Shown here: positions 22,259-31,509 of the stretch, piece after piece
How the letters are laid out: each line of letters opens with the position of its first letter
Position numbering within the stretch: position 1 is the first letter of the stretch
Assembly (NCBI GenBank): GCA_903908245.1
Contig: CAIVRE010000006.1
Span: 21,951 to 85,950, forward strand
Length of the DNA stretch: 64,000 nt
Reading direction: 5' to 3'
From: Candidatus Omnitrophota bacterium
GTDB lineage: Bacteria > Omnitrophota > Gorgyraeia > Zapsychrales > Fredricksoniimonadaceae
Program-made: the position numbers and the translations under genes
Notes under the pieces: generated by a model
Databases searched by the model: none
What the model saw: only the letters and a program-made list of their open reading frames with translations
Told to the model about the DNA's origin: nothing

Positions 22259-23201
22259 TAAGGGCTTGCTCTTTTTGCTGCCGGTATTTCCCGGCTTCCG
22301 CCGGCGACCCGAGTTTAAGGTAAACTTCCGCGATATGCCCGAGGATCTCGGGGTCCTTAAGGATCCCGTCCGCACGGATCAATTCCTTCAGCGCCTTTTC
22401 ATACTGGCCCTGGCGGTAATACAGCCAGCCGCGGGTATCCAGATAGGCAGGATTATCCGGCTCGACGACCAAAGCGGCATTCACATGCTTCAGGCCTTCG
22501 TCCAGATTCACGTTATCTTCCGCATAAGCATATGCCAGCGAATTAAGGCAATCCGCATTCACCGGCTCGAGGGAAAGGCATTGCTTGAGAAGCCCCAGGC
22601 CTTCCGCCCTCCGGGGACCGGGAACATTAAGATAGTATGTCCCCAATATATAAAGAAGCGACCCGTTCTTTGGGTCCAGTTTCAAGGCCAGCGCGAACTG
22701 GTCCATCGCCGCCGCTTCATTGCCATTGGAATAATAAAGCTGTCCAAGATATACCGGGAACTCGCTGCTCTGCGGATTCCTGGCCGCGAGAGTTTTAAAA
22801 ATATGTTCATACTCACGCGAAACTTTATTCTCTTCTTTCTGATTGGAATAAAGCAGTGCCAGCAAGTAATGTGCGCTGAGATCCTCGGGATCAAGCTCGA
22901 TCACTTTCTGCAGCTCACGCTGGGCATCAGAATAACGCTCCAGTTGGGCAAGAACTGCGGCCAGGCGCAGCCTGACCACACGGGAAGAACCATCCGCCCT
23001 AACGGACCGCTCATAATAGTCTGCGGCCTCGTCAATAACGCCCAGAAGCTCCGCGTTATACCCCATAATGAAGCAGGCGACACTCCGTGCCGTAGACGAC
23101 CTGTCGGCCGAAACGGACGGTTGTGCCGCCCACCCAGGAAAAGCTGTCAAAACAATATGACCAGCGGCCAATAAAGCAAAAATGCCAGGCTTATGCCGCA
23201 T
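22233..23201 (-). CDS. Secreted TPR-repeat protein
   Basis: Signal peptide followed by ~7 TPR-like repeats (AxxYY/LG patterns). Confidence 0.7.
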   Translation of the reverse strand: MRHKPGIFALLAAGHIVLTAFPGWAAQPSVSADRSSTARSVACFIMGYNAELLGVIDEAADYYERSVRADGSSRVVRLRLAAVLAQLERYSDAQRELQKVIELDPEDLSAHYLLALLYSNQKEENKVSREYEHIFKTLAARNPQSSEFPVYLGQLYYSNGNEAAAMDQFALALKLDPKNGSLLYILGTYYLNVPGPRRAEGLGLLKQCLSLEPVNADCLNSLAYAYAEDNVNLDEGLKHVNAALVVEPDNPAYLDTRGWLYYRQGQYEKALKELIRADGILKDPEILGHIAEVYLKLGSPAEAGKYRQQKEQALNAQSKKVK

Positions 23202-23213
23202 ACCTTCGATCCT

Positions 23214-23315
23214 TTAGCGAGTCTCGCGCTTCTTGAGGTGACGCAGGGACTTGCGTAATTTCTTACGTTTATGAGTCTTGATCTTGCGAAGCTTTCGTTT
23301 TCTCCCGCACGGCAT
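23214..23315 (-). CDS. 33-aa highly basic peptide, bS22/DUF1713-like (not in ORF track, under 60 aa)
   Basis: Reverse-complement translation gives MPCGRKRKLRKIKTHKRKKLRKSLRHLKKRETR with a GGGAG Shine-Dalgarno 9 nt upstream. The KIKTHKRKKLRK core resembles the K-M-K-K-H-K-x-K-K-R-R-K motif of bacterial ribosomal protein bS22. Confidence 0.5.
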   Translation of the reverse strand: MPCGRKRKLRKIKTHKRKKLRKSLRHLKKRETR

Positions 23316-23334
23316 GGTCTATCTCCCTTTTTAG

Positions 23335-24210
23335 TTAATAAATAAGCTTGTTGATCGAATATTCAATAATACCCTGCGCGCCGGATTCTTTCAACGCTGG
23401 AATGATGGTCCGCACGATACTCTCATCAATAATAGTTTCAAGTGCGACCCAACCCTCCCTGGTCAACGGAGCAACGGTCGGATTCTTCAGCGCGGGCAAT
23501 GTTTCAAGGACAGCCTTCAAATTCTTCTCTTCGATATTGAGCTTGAGCCCAACCATATTGTTCGCCGCCAGAGCGCCTTTAAGGAGCATAACGATCTGCT
23601 CCATCTTCTTTGCCTTCCATCCGTCCCTGGACGACTGCTTGTTGGCAATGAACTGGGTGGACGATTCGCACAATGTCTCGACAATACGCAGATTATTCGC
23701 GCGCAGGCTGCTGCCCGTCTCCGTCAACTCGACAATAGCATCCACCAGACCCGACGTCACCTTCGCCTCGGTCGCGCCCCAGCTGAACTCCACATGCGCC
23801 TTGACCTTGTGCTTGGCCAGATATTTCCTGGTGATCGCAACGACTTCGGTCGCGATCTTTTTGCCCTGCAGGTCCTTGACGGACTTGATAGGGCAATCTT
23901 CCGGGACCGCCAGCACCCAGCGCACCTTGTTCGAAGTCGCTTTGGAATACTGCAGTTCCGTAATAACATCGATCTTGGACCCGTTCTCCAGGATCCAGTC
24001 CGCACCGGTAATACCGCAGTCCAGCGTGCCGTCTTCCACATAACGGGACATTTCCTGGGCACGCAAGAGCACAGGCTTGATCTCAACGTCATCAATATGA
24101 GGGAAATACGAACGACTCGATACGACGACCTTGAACCCCGCTTTCTCAAACAAAGCGACGGTCGCGTCCTGTAAACTGCCTTTGGGCAAACCAAGTTTTA
24201 AGACCTTCAT
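23335..24210 (-). CDS. hisG: ATP phosphoribosyltransferase (long form)
   Basis: Start [13 protein letters not shown] with a GGGGAG Shine-Dalgarno. C-terminal regulatory domain present. Listed ORF begins 5 codons upstream. Confidence 0.9.
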   Translation of the reverse strand: MKVLKLGLPKGSLQDATVALFEKAGFKVVVSSRSYFPHIDDVEIKPVLLRAQEMSRYVEDGTLDCGITGADWILENGSKIDVITELQYSKATSNKVRWVLAVPEDCPIKSVKDLQGKKIATEVVAITRKYLAKHKVKAHVEFSWGATEAKVTSGLVDAIVELTETGSSLRANNLRIVETLCESSTQFIANKQSSRDGWKAKKMEQIVMLLKGALAANNMVGLKLNIEEKNLKAVLETLPALKNPTVAPLTREGWVALETIIDESIVRTIIPALKESGAQGIIEYSINKLIY

Positions 24211-24323
24211 TGCGTTTCTCCCCAAACATTAGACGACGGATGCCGGCTGCGCGAGCACCCGACAAAATGGGGCTTATTATATATTAGACATTCAGAAGAA
24301 GTAAAGAAGAATAATAAAACAAC

Positions 24324-24380
24324 CCTCCACCACCCCGGGGGCGAAGGAGATGGCCTCCTTCACCCCCGGGGTGATGGAGG
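24324..24380. promoter_or_regulatory. 57-bp near-perfect palindrome (26-bp arms, 5-nt spacer) in a divergent promoter region
   Basis: CCTCCACCACCCCGGGGGCGAAGGAG-atggc-CTCCTTCACCCCCGGGGTGATGGAGG with 2 arm mismatches. Ends 18 nt upstream of the ppiD -35. A half-copy recurs at 40385-40408. Confidence 0.6.
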
Positions 24381-24398
24381 TTAGAATGTTAAAATGAC

Positions 24399-24427
24399 TT
24401 GCAAGGCTACAGCGGGATGGATATAAT
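24399..24427 (+). promoter_or_regulatory. Sigma70-like promoter for ppiD
   Basis: TTGCAA-N17-TATAAT with GGAG 10 nt before the ATG at 24466. Confidence 0.6.
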
Positions 24428-24465
24428 TCGCCAATCAGAAAAATCGTTAACGGAGAAATTCACCC

Positions 24466-25935
24466 ATGTTAAAGATCATGCGTAACAAAGGCGTTGCCAA
24501 GAAAGTCCTCTGGGTCATCTCGGGGATCATCATTATCTCTTTCGGGTTCGGCTTCGGCATGTCCCGCTACGGCAACAAGATATCGCTCACCGATTCCGCA
24601 GGAAAAGCGTTCGGCAAGAAGATCAGTATCAAGGAATTCCGCGCGAAATACCTCGACTCCCGCGACCAGGCCATGATGATGTACGGCGAAAATTTCAAGA
24701 AAGTCAGCGCCCTGATGGACCTTAACAGCGAGGCCTGGACCAGGCTGCTTCTGGTCAAAGAAGCCGACCGGCGCAAGATCACGGCGGCCGACCCTGAAGT
24801 CATCACCTACATCGAAAGCATCCCCTTCTTCCAGCGAGACGGCGAATTCGACCGCAAAACCTATGAAACGATCATAAAGTACTCTTTCGGGCGCGAACCG
24901 CGCGCCTTTGAAGAGGGCATCCGCGACCAGATCAAGATCATGAAGCTGTTCCGCGAAGAAACAATAGGGCTGAATGTCGCCGATGAGACCGTCCGCAAGG
25001 AATACGAGCGCCGCAACCAGAAGGTTGAGGTCAGCTATTGTCTTGTCGACCCGAAAAGCTTCGCCGACAAATTGACCCTGTCCGACAAGGAGCTGCAGGA
25101 CTATTTTGATGCCCAGCGCCAGGACTTCCTGGAACCCGACTCCGTGAACCTGCAATATGCCGCCTTCACGATCGACCCGAAAGCGTCTGCCGATGACAAA
25201 AAGATCATCAGCGAGAAAGCAGCCAATTTCTACCTGAAAACAAAAAGTTCCGATGATTTCTCCGCCGCGGCCATTGCAGCCGGAGCACAGGTCAAGGAAA
25301 CCGGCTTCTTCAGCATGGAACAGCCGGAAACGGACCAGAACTGGCCACTCGAAGTCCTCCAGAAAGTTTTTGAAGCGAAGACCGGAGATATCCTCAAACC
25401 GGTAGGCACAGACACAGGTATCCAGGTGATCAAAGTCAGCGCCCGGAAACCTGCCTTTGTCCCCACGTTCAATAAAGCCAAGAATGCCGTCAAGGAAAAG
25501 ATCCTCTCCGAAAAGACACTGGCAATGGCCAAGGACAAGGCCGCGGAGATCCGAAAGACCATTACGTCCAGGATCGCAGGCGCTCCATCCTTTGACGCAG
25601 CCATCGCCGACCTCGGCCTCGTCAAGAAAACAACCCCCTTCTTCGCCCTCGGCGATTATGTGCCGGAAATAGGGATATCCGAAGACTTTTCCGCCGCTGC
25701 CTTCACCCTGAATAAAGAAAAACCGTTAAGCGATGTGGTCTTTACTTCACGGGGGCCGGTGATCCTGTATTTCGAAGCGCTGCAGCCGATCGATGAGAAA
25801 AAGTTCGAGGAAGTAAAAAAAGATTTCACTGCGTCCCTCTACGAAGAACAGAAGGTCGCGGCAATGAACCGCGTAATCAAGGGCATCAAGGAAAAAGCGG
25901 GGCTGGAAAGCTATCTCGACAAGATCAGGCTGTAA
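24466..25935 (+). CDS. ppiD: Periplasmic chaperone PpiD/SurA-like (N-terminal TM anchor, parvulin-like PPIase)
   Basis: N-terminal membrane anchor (VLWVISGIIIISFGF), SurA_N-like region and a parvulin-like segment. 489 aa. Confidence 0.65.
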   Translation: MLKIMRNKGVAKKVLWVISGIIIISFGFGFGMSRYGNKISLTDSAGKAFGKKISIKEFRAKYLDSRDQAMMMYGENFKKVSALMDLNSEAWTRLLLVKEADRRKITAADPEVITYIESIPFFQRDGEFDRKTYETIIKYSFGREPRAFEEGIRDQIKIMKLFREETIGLNVADETVRKEYERRNQKVEVSYCLVDPKSFADKLTLSDKELQDYFDAQRQDFLEPDSVNLQYAAFTIDPKASADDKKIISEKAANFYLKTKSSDDFSAAAIAAGAQVKETGFFSMEQPETDQNWPLEVLQKVFEAKTGDILKPVGTDTGIQVIKVSARKPAFVPTFNKAKNAVKEKILSEKTLAMAKDKAAEIRKTITSRIAGAPSFDAAIADLGLVKKTTPFFALGDYVPEIGISEDFSAAAFTLNKEKPLSDVVFTSRGPVILYFEALQPIDEKKFEEVKKDFTASLYEEQKVAAMNRVIKGIKEKAGLESYLDKIRL

Positions 25936-26242
25936 GGCTCTGATCGATCCAGTTCAGGTAGGGTTCACTGCCTGCCGCAACAGGCAGGGCGATAATTTCA
26001 GGGACGGTATAGCTGTGCAAAGCGACGACCGTCCCTTTTATTTCATTGAACATATCTGCACGGCTCTTGATCACGAGCAGAACTTCATTATCATCCGCGA
26101 TCTTTCCCTGCCACCAATACAGCGACCGTACCCCGCCGATAATGTTGCAACAGGCCGCCAGCTTCTTTTCAAGCAGGGTGCGTGCGATCTTTTCCGCTTC
26201 TTCCTGCTTTGAGGCTGTAACAAATACCACGATATAGGCCAT
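25925..26242 (-). CDS. cutA: Divalent-cation tolerance protein CutA
   Basis: 105 aa CutA1 fold (VVFVT...ACCN). Convergent 11-nt overlap with the ppiD 3' end. Confidence 0.8.
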   Translation of the reverse strand: MAYIVVFVTASKQEEAEKIARTLLEKKLAACCNIIGGVRSLYWWQGKIADDNEVLLVIKSRADMFNEIKGTVVALHSYTVPEIIALPVAAGSEPYLNWIDQSLTA

Positions 26243-26958
26243 TATTGATCTCTTAACATGATCGCATGGATAAGACGGCCGGAAGCTTCCCCGTCACGGC
26301 GGAAGGAATGCCAGGACTTGTCTGAATATGTATCACAGCCGCAATCGAAAATATTCTTGCCCCCCAGGCCCTCTCCCAGCAATTGACGGCGATTGGCGGC
26401 CGCGATGTCAAAATACAGGCATCCATCCCGCTGTGCCACTTCCTTCGGGAAAAGATCTTTGAATTCAACGCCGACAGGATAACTCGCCGGACGGATACAC
26501 GGGCCGATCACCGCCTTGATATCCGCCGGATCAACATTATATTTTGCCTTCATGAGTGCCACCACCTTGGCCGCAATATCGAGCCGGGTGCTTTTCCAAC
26601 CGGCATGCACGGCCGCGACCACGCGCCTCGCCGGCGCGAACAAAAGCAGCGGCAGACAATCCGCAGTACGCACCGCCACCGCAAGCCCCGGCGTTGCCGT
26701 CACTACCGCATCGGCCTCATACACCCCCGCCTGATCAATATTTTCAGCCGTCACTTCCCAGACGGAATCCCCGTGGACCTGCTTGGGAAATATCACCGCA
26801 TCCTTTACCCCCATCGTATCGAGCAAAGCCCGTTGAAGCGCGGTCATCCCGAAGCGCGGCAACACGGATGGATCCCCTTTAAGGAAATCCAAGCTCCCGT
26901 CCGATGTAAAAGCGGTCACACCATTCCCGAAGAACTGTTCATAGCGCAATACAGCCAT
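26242..26958 (-). CDS. pgeF: Peptidoglycan editing factor PgeF/YfiH (DUF152 laccase-domain protein)
   Basis: QVHGDSV ... TADCLPLLL ... AAVHAGWKST ... CGCDTYS signature. Confidence 0.8.
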   Translation of the reverse strand: MAVLRYEQFFGNGVTAFTSDGSLDFLKGDPSVLPRFGMTALQRALLDTMGVKDAVIFPKQVHGDSVWEVTAENIDQAGVYEADAVVTATPGLAVAVRTADCLPLLLFAPARRVVAAVHAGWKSTRLDIAAKVVALMKAKYNVDPADIKAVIGPCIRPASYPVGVEFKDLFPKEVAQRDGCLYFDIAAANRRQLLGEGLGGKNIFDCGCDTYSDKSWHSFRRDGEASGRLIHAIMLRDQ

Positions 26959-28019
26959 CAGTCACTCTCCCGGGCGTCACCAGCCGCCCCGCTCTTGTGT
27001 TCCTCAATATGCCGAAGCTTGGTCTCGATCTGCCTGAAACTCGTATCCCGCAGGTCCGAGTATTTCCCCTGAAGCTTGACAATGATCTCGCCGAATTCAA
27101 TGAACCGCCCTTTGAACGTTTCAAAATGTTTGGCAAAAATATCAATATGCCCGAGGATCTTCTTAATATCTTTCTCGAAACGAAAATGTTCATGCGCCTG
27201 GCGGATAATGCTGAGGACCGCATAAAGCGTGAACGGCGAACACAGGACCACCTTGTCCTTTAACGCCTCGTCCATGATCTCCGGTGCCTTTTCCTGAATG
27301 AACCCGAATACCTGTTCATTGGGAATGAACAAAAGGACAAAATCCAGGGTGCTCTCGGCTGGATTAATATACTCGCGGCCCCGAAGCTCCTTAATGCGGG
27401 CGCGGACATTTTTAAAAAACTCCTTCTCGGCCGCTTCACGCTCGGTCGGGACCAAAGCGTTCACCATCAAAAGGTAATTATTCAACGGGAACTTCACATC
27501 CATATTGACCACACGCTCATCCGGGAGGAAAAAAATAAAATCCGGACGGGTCCCGCTGGAGGCCTGCGCCGCCTGTTTCCTGTAATTCACATTCTCAAGC
27601 AAGCCGGCATAACGGATAATATCCTCGGCCATCCGTTCGCCCCACTGGCCGCGCAACTTATTATTACTGAGCGTACTCGCGAGCGACTGGGTTGTTTCCT
27701 GCAAACGCATGGTAGCCTGGCTCGCTCCCTGTAATTCACTGGCAAGCTGCCCGAACTTCTGCGCGCGGTCTTTCTCCCACTCGCGTAAAAGAGAATCATA
27801 AACGCGCAATTTATCTTCCAGCGACCGCACCGCCCCTTCCAGAGAAACGCGGCGCGCCTCTTCACCGACCGCTGCGCTGGTATCACGGGTACGGGCGTCG
27901 TCACGCTGAGAACGGATAAGCTCGCTCAAACGGGCGTTCTGGCTGATCAGTACCCATACCGCCACACCTAAAGCCCCAAGAACAACCAAAAACAAGATAT
28001 CCACGGCTGACATTGCCAT
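26958..28019 (-). CDS. rmuC: DNA recombination protein RmuC
   Basis: N-terminal TM helix, long coiled coil and a C-terminal RmuC nuclease-like region (LLFIPNEQV). Confidence 0.7.
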   Translation of the reverse strand: MAMSAVDILFLVVLGALGVAVWVLISQNARLSELIRSQRDDARTRDTSAAVGEEARRVSLEGAVRSLEDKLRVYDSLLREWEKDRAQKFGQLASELQGASQATMRLQETTQSLASTLSNNKLRGQWGERMAEDIIRYAGLLENVNYRKQAAQASSGTRPDFIFFLPDERVVNMDVKFPLNNYLLMVNALVPTEREAAEKEFFKNVRARIKELRGREYINPAESTLDFVLLFIPNEQVFGFIQEKAPEIMDEALKDKVVLCSPFTLYAVLSIIRQAHEHFRFEKDIKKILGHIDIFAKHFETFKGRFIEFGEIIVKLQGKYSDLRDTSFRQIETKLRHIEEHKSGAAGDARESD

Positions 28020-28399
28020 TAACCCCCGCTATTGGGCCCAGGGCCGATGATCTGATCCATTAATTTGAATAACACATCAAAATTAACCGGCTTGATCAAA
28101 TAATGCGCGATCCCCTTACGGGCAAAGATCTTTTGATTCTCTTCGTGAGCCGTCAACACAATGACCGGAACGGCCTTTAACGCATCGATGCTCCTGAGCT
28201 CGTACAAAAAAGAGTACCCGTTCATTTCCGGCATCTCGACATCCAGGATGATCAGCGCGGGAGAAACAGCTTTGGCGAATTTCAACCCCTCCTCACCATT
28301 GCACGCCATATTCACTTCATAACCGGCTTTGGTCAACCGGCCTTCCATCAAAGCCACTCCCACCGGATCATCATCAACTACCAGGATCCTTTTGCCCAT
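28019..28399 (-). CDS. Single-domain response regulator (CheY-like receiver)
   Basis: ILVVDDD ... phospho-acceptor D in ILDVEMP ... VIVLTA ... K in LIKP. Confidence 0.8.
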   Translation of the reverse strand: MGKRILVVDDDPVGVALMEGRLTKAGYEVNMACNGEEGLKFAKAVSPALIILDVEMPEMNGYSFLYELRSIDALKAVPVIVLTAHEENQKIFARKGIAHYLIKPVNFDVLFKLMDQIIGPGPNSGG

Positions 28400-28421
28400 A
28401 TTCCCCTCCGCTCAGAATTCT

Positions 28422-28739
28422 TTAACGCAATGCCGCATTTATCTTCTCTTTAAACCTGCCCAAACGCGCCTCCTGAAGGCCCCGCACCTCCTCGATGTCA
28501 ACCCCATGACGCTCAAGCAATAAAAACCCGTGAATAATGATATCCAGCGTTTCCGCTTTCCAATGAGCATCCCCGGCTGCAAGCGATCCTCTCACTTCCT
28601 CCACATGCTCTTCCAGCGACCTGAAGGTGAACGCGTCCGCTGCCGGCGTCCCGCCATGAAGGCGCAATGCCAGTGCGTTGATTTCCGTCAGTTTATTCTT
28701 CAATCCCGAATCCATGGACCACCCCATCCGGGCCGACAC
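28422..28739 (-). CDS. MazG-like nucleotide pyrophosphohydrolase domain protein
   Basis: ~100 aa all-alpha domain with an EExxE/D pattern (SLEEHVEEVRGS...DIEEVRG). Start may be an internal ATG. Confidence 0.45.
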   Translation of the reverse strand: MSARMGWSMDSGLKNKLTEINALALRLHGGTPAADAFTFRSLEEHVEEVRGSLAAGDAHWKAETLDIIIHGFLLLERHGVDIEEVRGLQEARLGRFKEKINAALR

Positions 28740-29076
28740 TCACATAAATCTTCGGCCCCTGATGTTTGACCTGATAACGATACAGCCACCGGGATCCTCC
28801 ATCACGGCCTGCCTGGACCGGCGCCTTTAACACCGGCTCACCGAATTGACGCGTCAACCCAGCCGAGGTCCTTACAGACGCCTGCGCTTGCCCCGACCGC
28901 ACCATGGCCAAAAGCTTCTCAAACTGCGCGTCATGGCGCGCCACGTCCCGGCCCAATGCATCCTGCTCGTCAGAATACGCCTTAACAGCCAATGCCTGGT
29001 CGATATACTGCAACTTTGAACAGGAGGACAAAACAAGGCCCAACACAAAAACAAAAAGAAATTCATACCGGATCAT
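28693..29076 (-). CDS. Hypothetical lipoprotein
   Basis: Start refined to MIRYEFLFVFVLGLVLSSC, a lipobox L-S-S-C. Confidence 0.5.
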   Translation of the reverse strand: MIRYEFLFVFVLGLVLSSCSKLQYIDQALAVKAYSDEQDALGRDVARHDAQFEKLLAMVRSGQAQASVRTSAGLTRQFGEPVLKAPVQAGRDGGSRWLYRYQVKHQGPKIYVSVGPDGVVHGFGIEE

Positions 29077-29138
29077 ATCTACACTATACCATAAGAAATA
29101 TTGTCTAAATAATTGTAAAATCATCATTAATATTTTCC

Positions 29139-31433
29139 TTGATTCCATCCAGCAGACGCTATACCCTTATTGCTATGCCCAAATTGAACTTCTGGATAAA
29201 ACTGGCCATATTATTCGGTGTCGGATTCCTTTTATACGCCAATACCCTTCACAGCGAATTCCACCTGGATGATGTGCCTTTTATCGTCAAGAACCCGACC
29301 ATCCGGGACATCACCAACCTTGCCCTGATCGGGAAAAGCATCCTCGGGGTACACTCGCGGCATGTGGTCTTCTTTTCCCTGGCCCTGAATTACCACCTTA
29401 ATCAACTCGATGTGTTCGGCTATCATGTTTTTAACACCCTCATCCATATCCTCACCGCGCTGGGGATATGGCAATTCACCCGGCTGCTTTTGTCAACGCC
29501 ACGATTTGCGTCCAATGTCAGCCAGGACAATAAAGAGAACATCGCTTTCTGCGCGGCATTCCTCTTCCTGTGCCACCCGGCCAATACCCAAGCCATCACC
29601 TATATTACCCAGCGCTTTGCCTCAATGGCGACCATGTTCTACATAGGGGCTCTTGCTTTTTATATCAAAGCCCGGTTAACCCCGCGCCTGGCCCCAAGCC
29701 TGGGATTCTACTTTCTCACAGGAGCGACCGCCCTGCTTGGAATGCTTTCCAAAGAACTCGTCATCACGCTCCCGATCATGGCATTCATTATCGACCGGCT
29801 GTGCATCTGCTACGACCCGCCGGCAAAAAAAGAAAGAAACAAGGCCGCAGCTCCGGCCAAAACCCCGTATATCCTTATTGCCGCCCTGATCGGTCTTGGC
29901 CTTATCGTTCCGGCCTTGTTCCGCTTTGATATCGCAGGCATACTCGCCTCCAAAATGGCCTCTTCATCGCATGAAGGCGACATGCTCACGTTCAACACCT
30001 TCTTCCTGACACAATGGCGGGTCATGGCCGTCATGCTCAGGCTTTTCGTCCTGCCGATCGATCAAACCCTGGATTACGATTTTCCGATGTCCACCGGGCT
30101 GTTCACACCGCCGACCACTTTCTTAAGCCTCGTCTTTCTTGTCGGACTGGCTATCCTCGGCTGGAAAATGTTCAAACAAAACTTCATCGTCTTCTTTGGC
30201 ATCCTGTGGTTCTTCATCACTTACATCCCGGAATTCTATCCGCGCGTCCACGTGATCTTTGAACATAAATTCTACCTGATCTCGATCGGGCTCTTTATTG
30301 CCGCCGCCTATCTGATATGGGAACACCCGGCCATTAAAAAACATGCCCTGTGGATCATGATCGCGCTTTCACTGATCCTCGGGATCGCTACGGTCAAAAG
30401 GAATGCGGTCTGGAAAACAGAACAAACCCTCTGGGAAGATGTTGTCAAAAAATCACCCAACAAATACCGGGCCAACCTGAATCTAGGGAATGTCTACCAG
30501 CTGCAAGGCCTTTACGACAAGTCCTTGCCCTATTACGACAAAGCCATTGCCGTCATGCCCTATGGGTACAAAGCGCTGAACAGCCGGGCCGTGATCTATT
30601 ATATGAAGGGCAACCTGGAAGGCGCCATGGCCGACTTCAACCGCTCCATCGCGGCCAACCCACAATACGACGACCCTTACAATAATCGCGGCAATCTCTA
30701 CCGCCAGAACGGCGAATTTGAGAAAGCCATCAACGATTACAATATGGCCATCCAGGTCAGCCAGTTCGCCCCCATGGCCTACAAGAACCGGGGCGATGTA
30801 TACGCCAGGATCAATGAGATCGAAAAAGCCCTGGCCGATTACCGCGCCGCGCTGAACCTCGACCCGAAATTGCGTGACGCTTACAACAACATGGGCAACC
30901 TGCTCAACGAACGCAAGCGCTACAAGGAAGCGCTGGACTTGTACGCCATTGCGCTGAAGAACGATCCCGGGAACAGCGCGGAATATCTCGTCGGACGCGG
31001 GAATGTCTACTCCAGCATGCAAGACCATCAAAAAGCTCTCAATGAATTCCGCGCGGCATTAAAACTGCGGCCCTCCATGGTCGAGGCGCTTTTTAACGCC
31101 GGCGTGGCTTTCGCCGCTACCGGTGACCTGCAGCAGGCGGACACATTCTACACTTTAGCCCTCAAAGCCAGGCCGAACCTGGCCGTTGCCTACAATAACC
31201 GGGGGAACACCCGCCGCCAGATGGGCCGCCGCAATGAAGCCCTCGAAGACTTCCTGGCCGCCGACAAGCTTTCTCCGCGCACCGAGATCATCCGGCGCAA
31301 CATCGTGGTGACCTATTACGAGATCGGGCAGAGAGATCAAGCCACCGCCGCCTTCAATGAGACCATCGCCCAGGGCATAACCTTTGACGAAAGGTTCAAA
31401 CAGGAATTCCTGAAGAATACCGCAAAAAAATGA
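29139..31433 (+). CDS. TMTC-like protein: N-terminal GT-C membrane glycosyltransferase domain fused to ~10 C-terminal TPR repeats
   Basis: ~11 TM helices (DUF1736/PMT_2-like) followed by TPR repeats with N-x-x-x-Y/L-G periodicity. 764 aa. Alternative start MPKLNF at 29175. Confidence 0.7.
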   Translation: MIPSSRRYTLIAMPKLNFWIKLAILFGVGFLLYANTLHSEFHLDDVPFIVKNPTIRDITNLALIGKSILGVHSRHVVFFSLALNYHLNQLDVFGYHVFNTLIHILTALGIWQFTRLLLSTPRFASNVSQDNKENIAFCAAFLFLCHPANTQAITYITQRFASMATMFYIGALAFYIKARLTPRLAPSLGFYFLTGATALLGMLSKELVITLPIMAFIIDRLCICYDPPAKKERNKAAAPAKTPYILIAALIGLGLIVPALFRFDIAGILASKMASSSHEGDMLTFNTFFLTQWRVMAVMLRLFVLPIDQTLDYDFPMSTGLFTPPTTFLSLVFLVGLAILGWKMFKQNFIVFFGILWFFITYIPEFYPRVHVIFEHKFYLISIGLFIAAAYLIWEHPAIKKHALWIMIALSLILGIATVKRNAVWKTEQTLWEDVVKKSPNKYRANLNLGNVYQLQGLYDKSLPYYDKAIAVMPYGYKALNSRAVIYYMKGNLEGAMADFNRSIAANPQYDDPYNNRGNLYRQNGEFEKAINDYNMAIQVSQFAPMAYKNRGDVYARINEIEKALADYRAALNLDPKLRDAYNNMGNLLNERKRYKEALDLYAIALKNDPGNSAEYLVGRGNVYSSMQDHQKALNEFRAALKLRPSMVEALFNAGVAFAATGDLQQADTFYTLALKARPNLAVAYNNRGNTRRQMGRRNEALEDFLAADKLSPRTEIIRRNIVVTYYEIGQRDQATAAFNETIAQGITFDERFKQEFLKNTAKK

Positions 31434-31446
31434 GAACATTGCTCCA

Positions 31447-31486
31447 TTAAAAAAGCCCCGATCTTCATGACGGGGCTTTTTTATTT
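31447..31486. terminator. Bidirectional Rho-independent terminator between TMTC-like (+) and pgi (-)
   Basis: AAAAAAGCCCCG-atcttcatga-CGGGGCTTTTTTATTT with an A-tract on one side and a T-tract on the other. Confidence 0.8.
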
Positions 31487-31509
31487 CTCTTGTCGAAGGA
31501 TAACAGCTG

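Noticed and set aside
22182-23174. 330-aa plus-strand ORF
   Set aside because: Antisense to the TPR protein gene.
24469-25155. 228-aa minus-strand ORF
   Set aside because: Antisense to ppiD.
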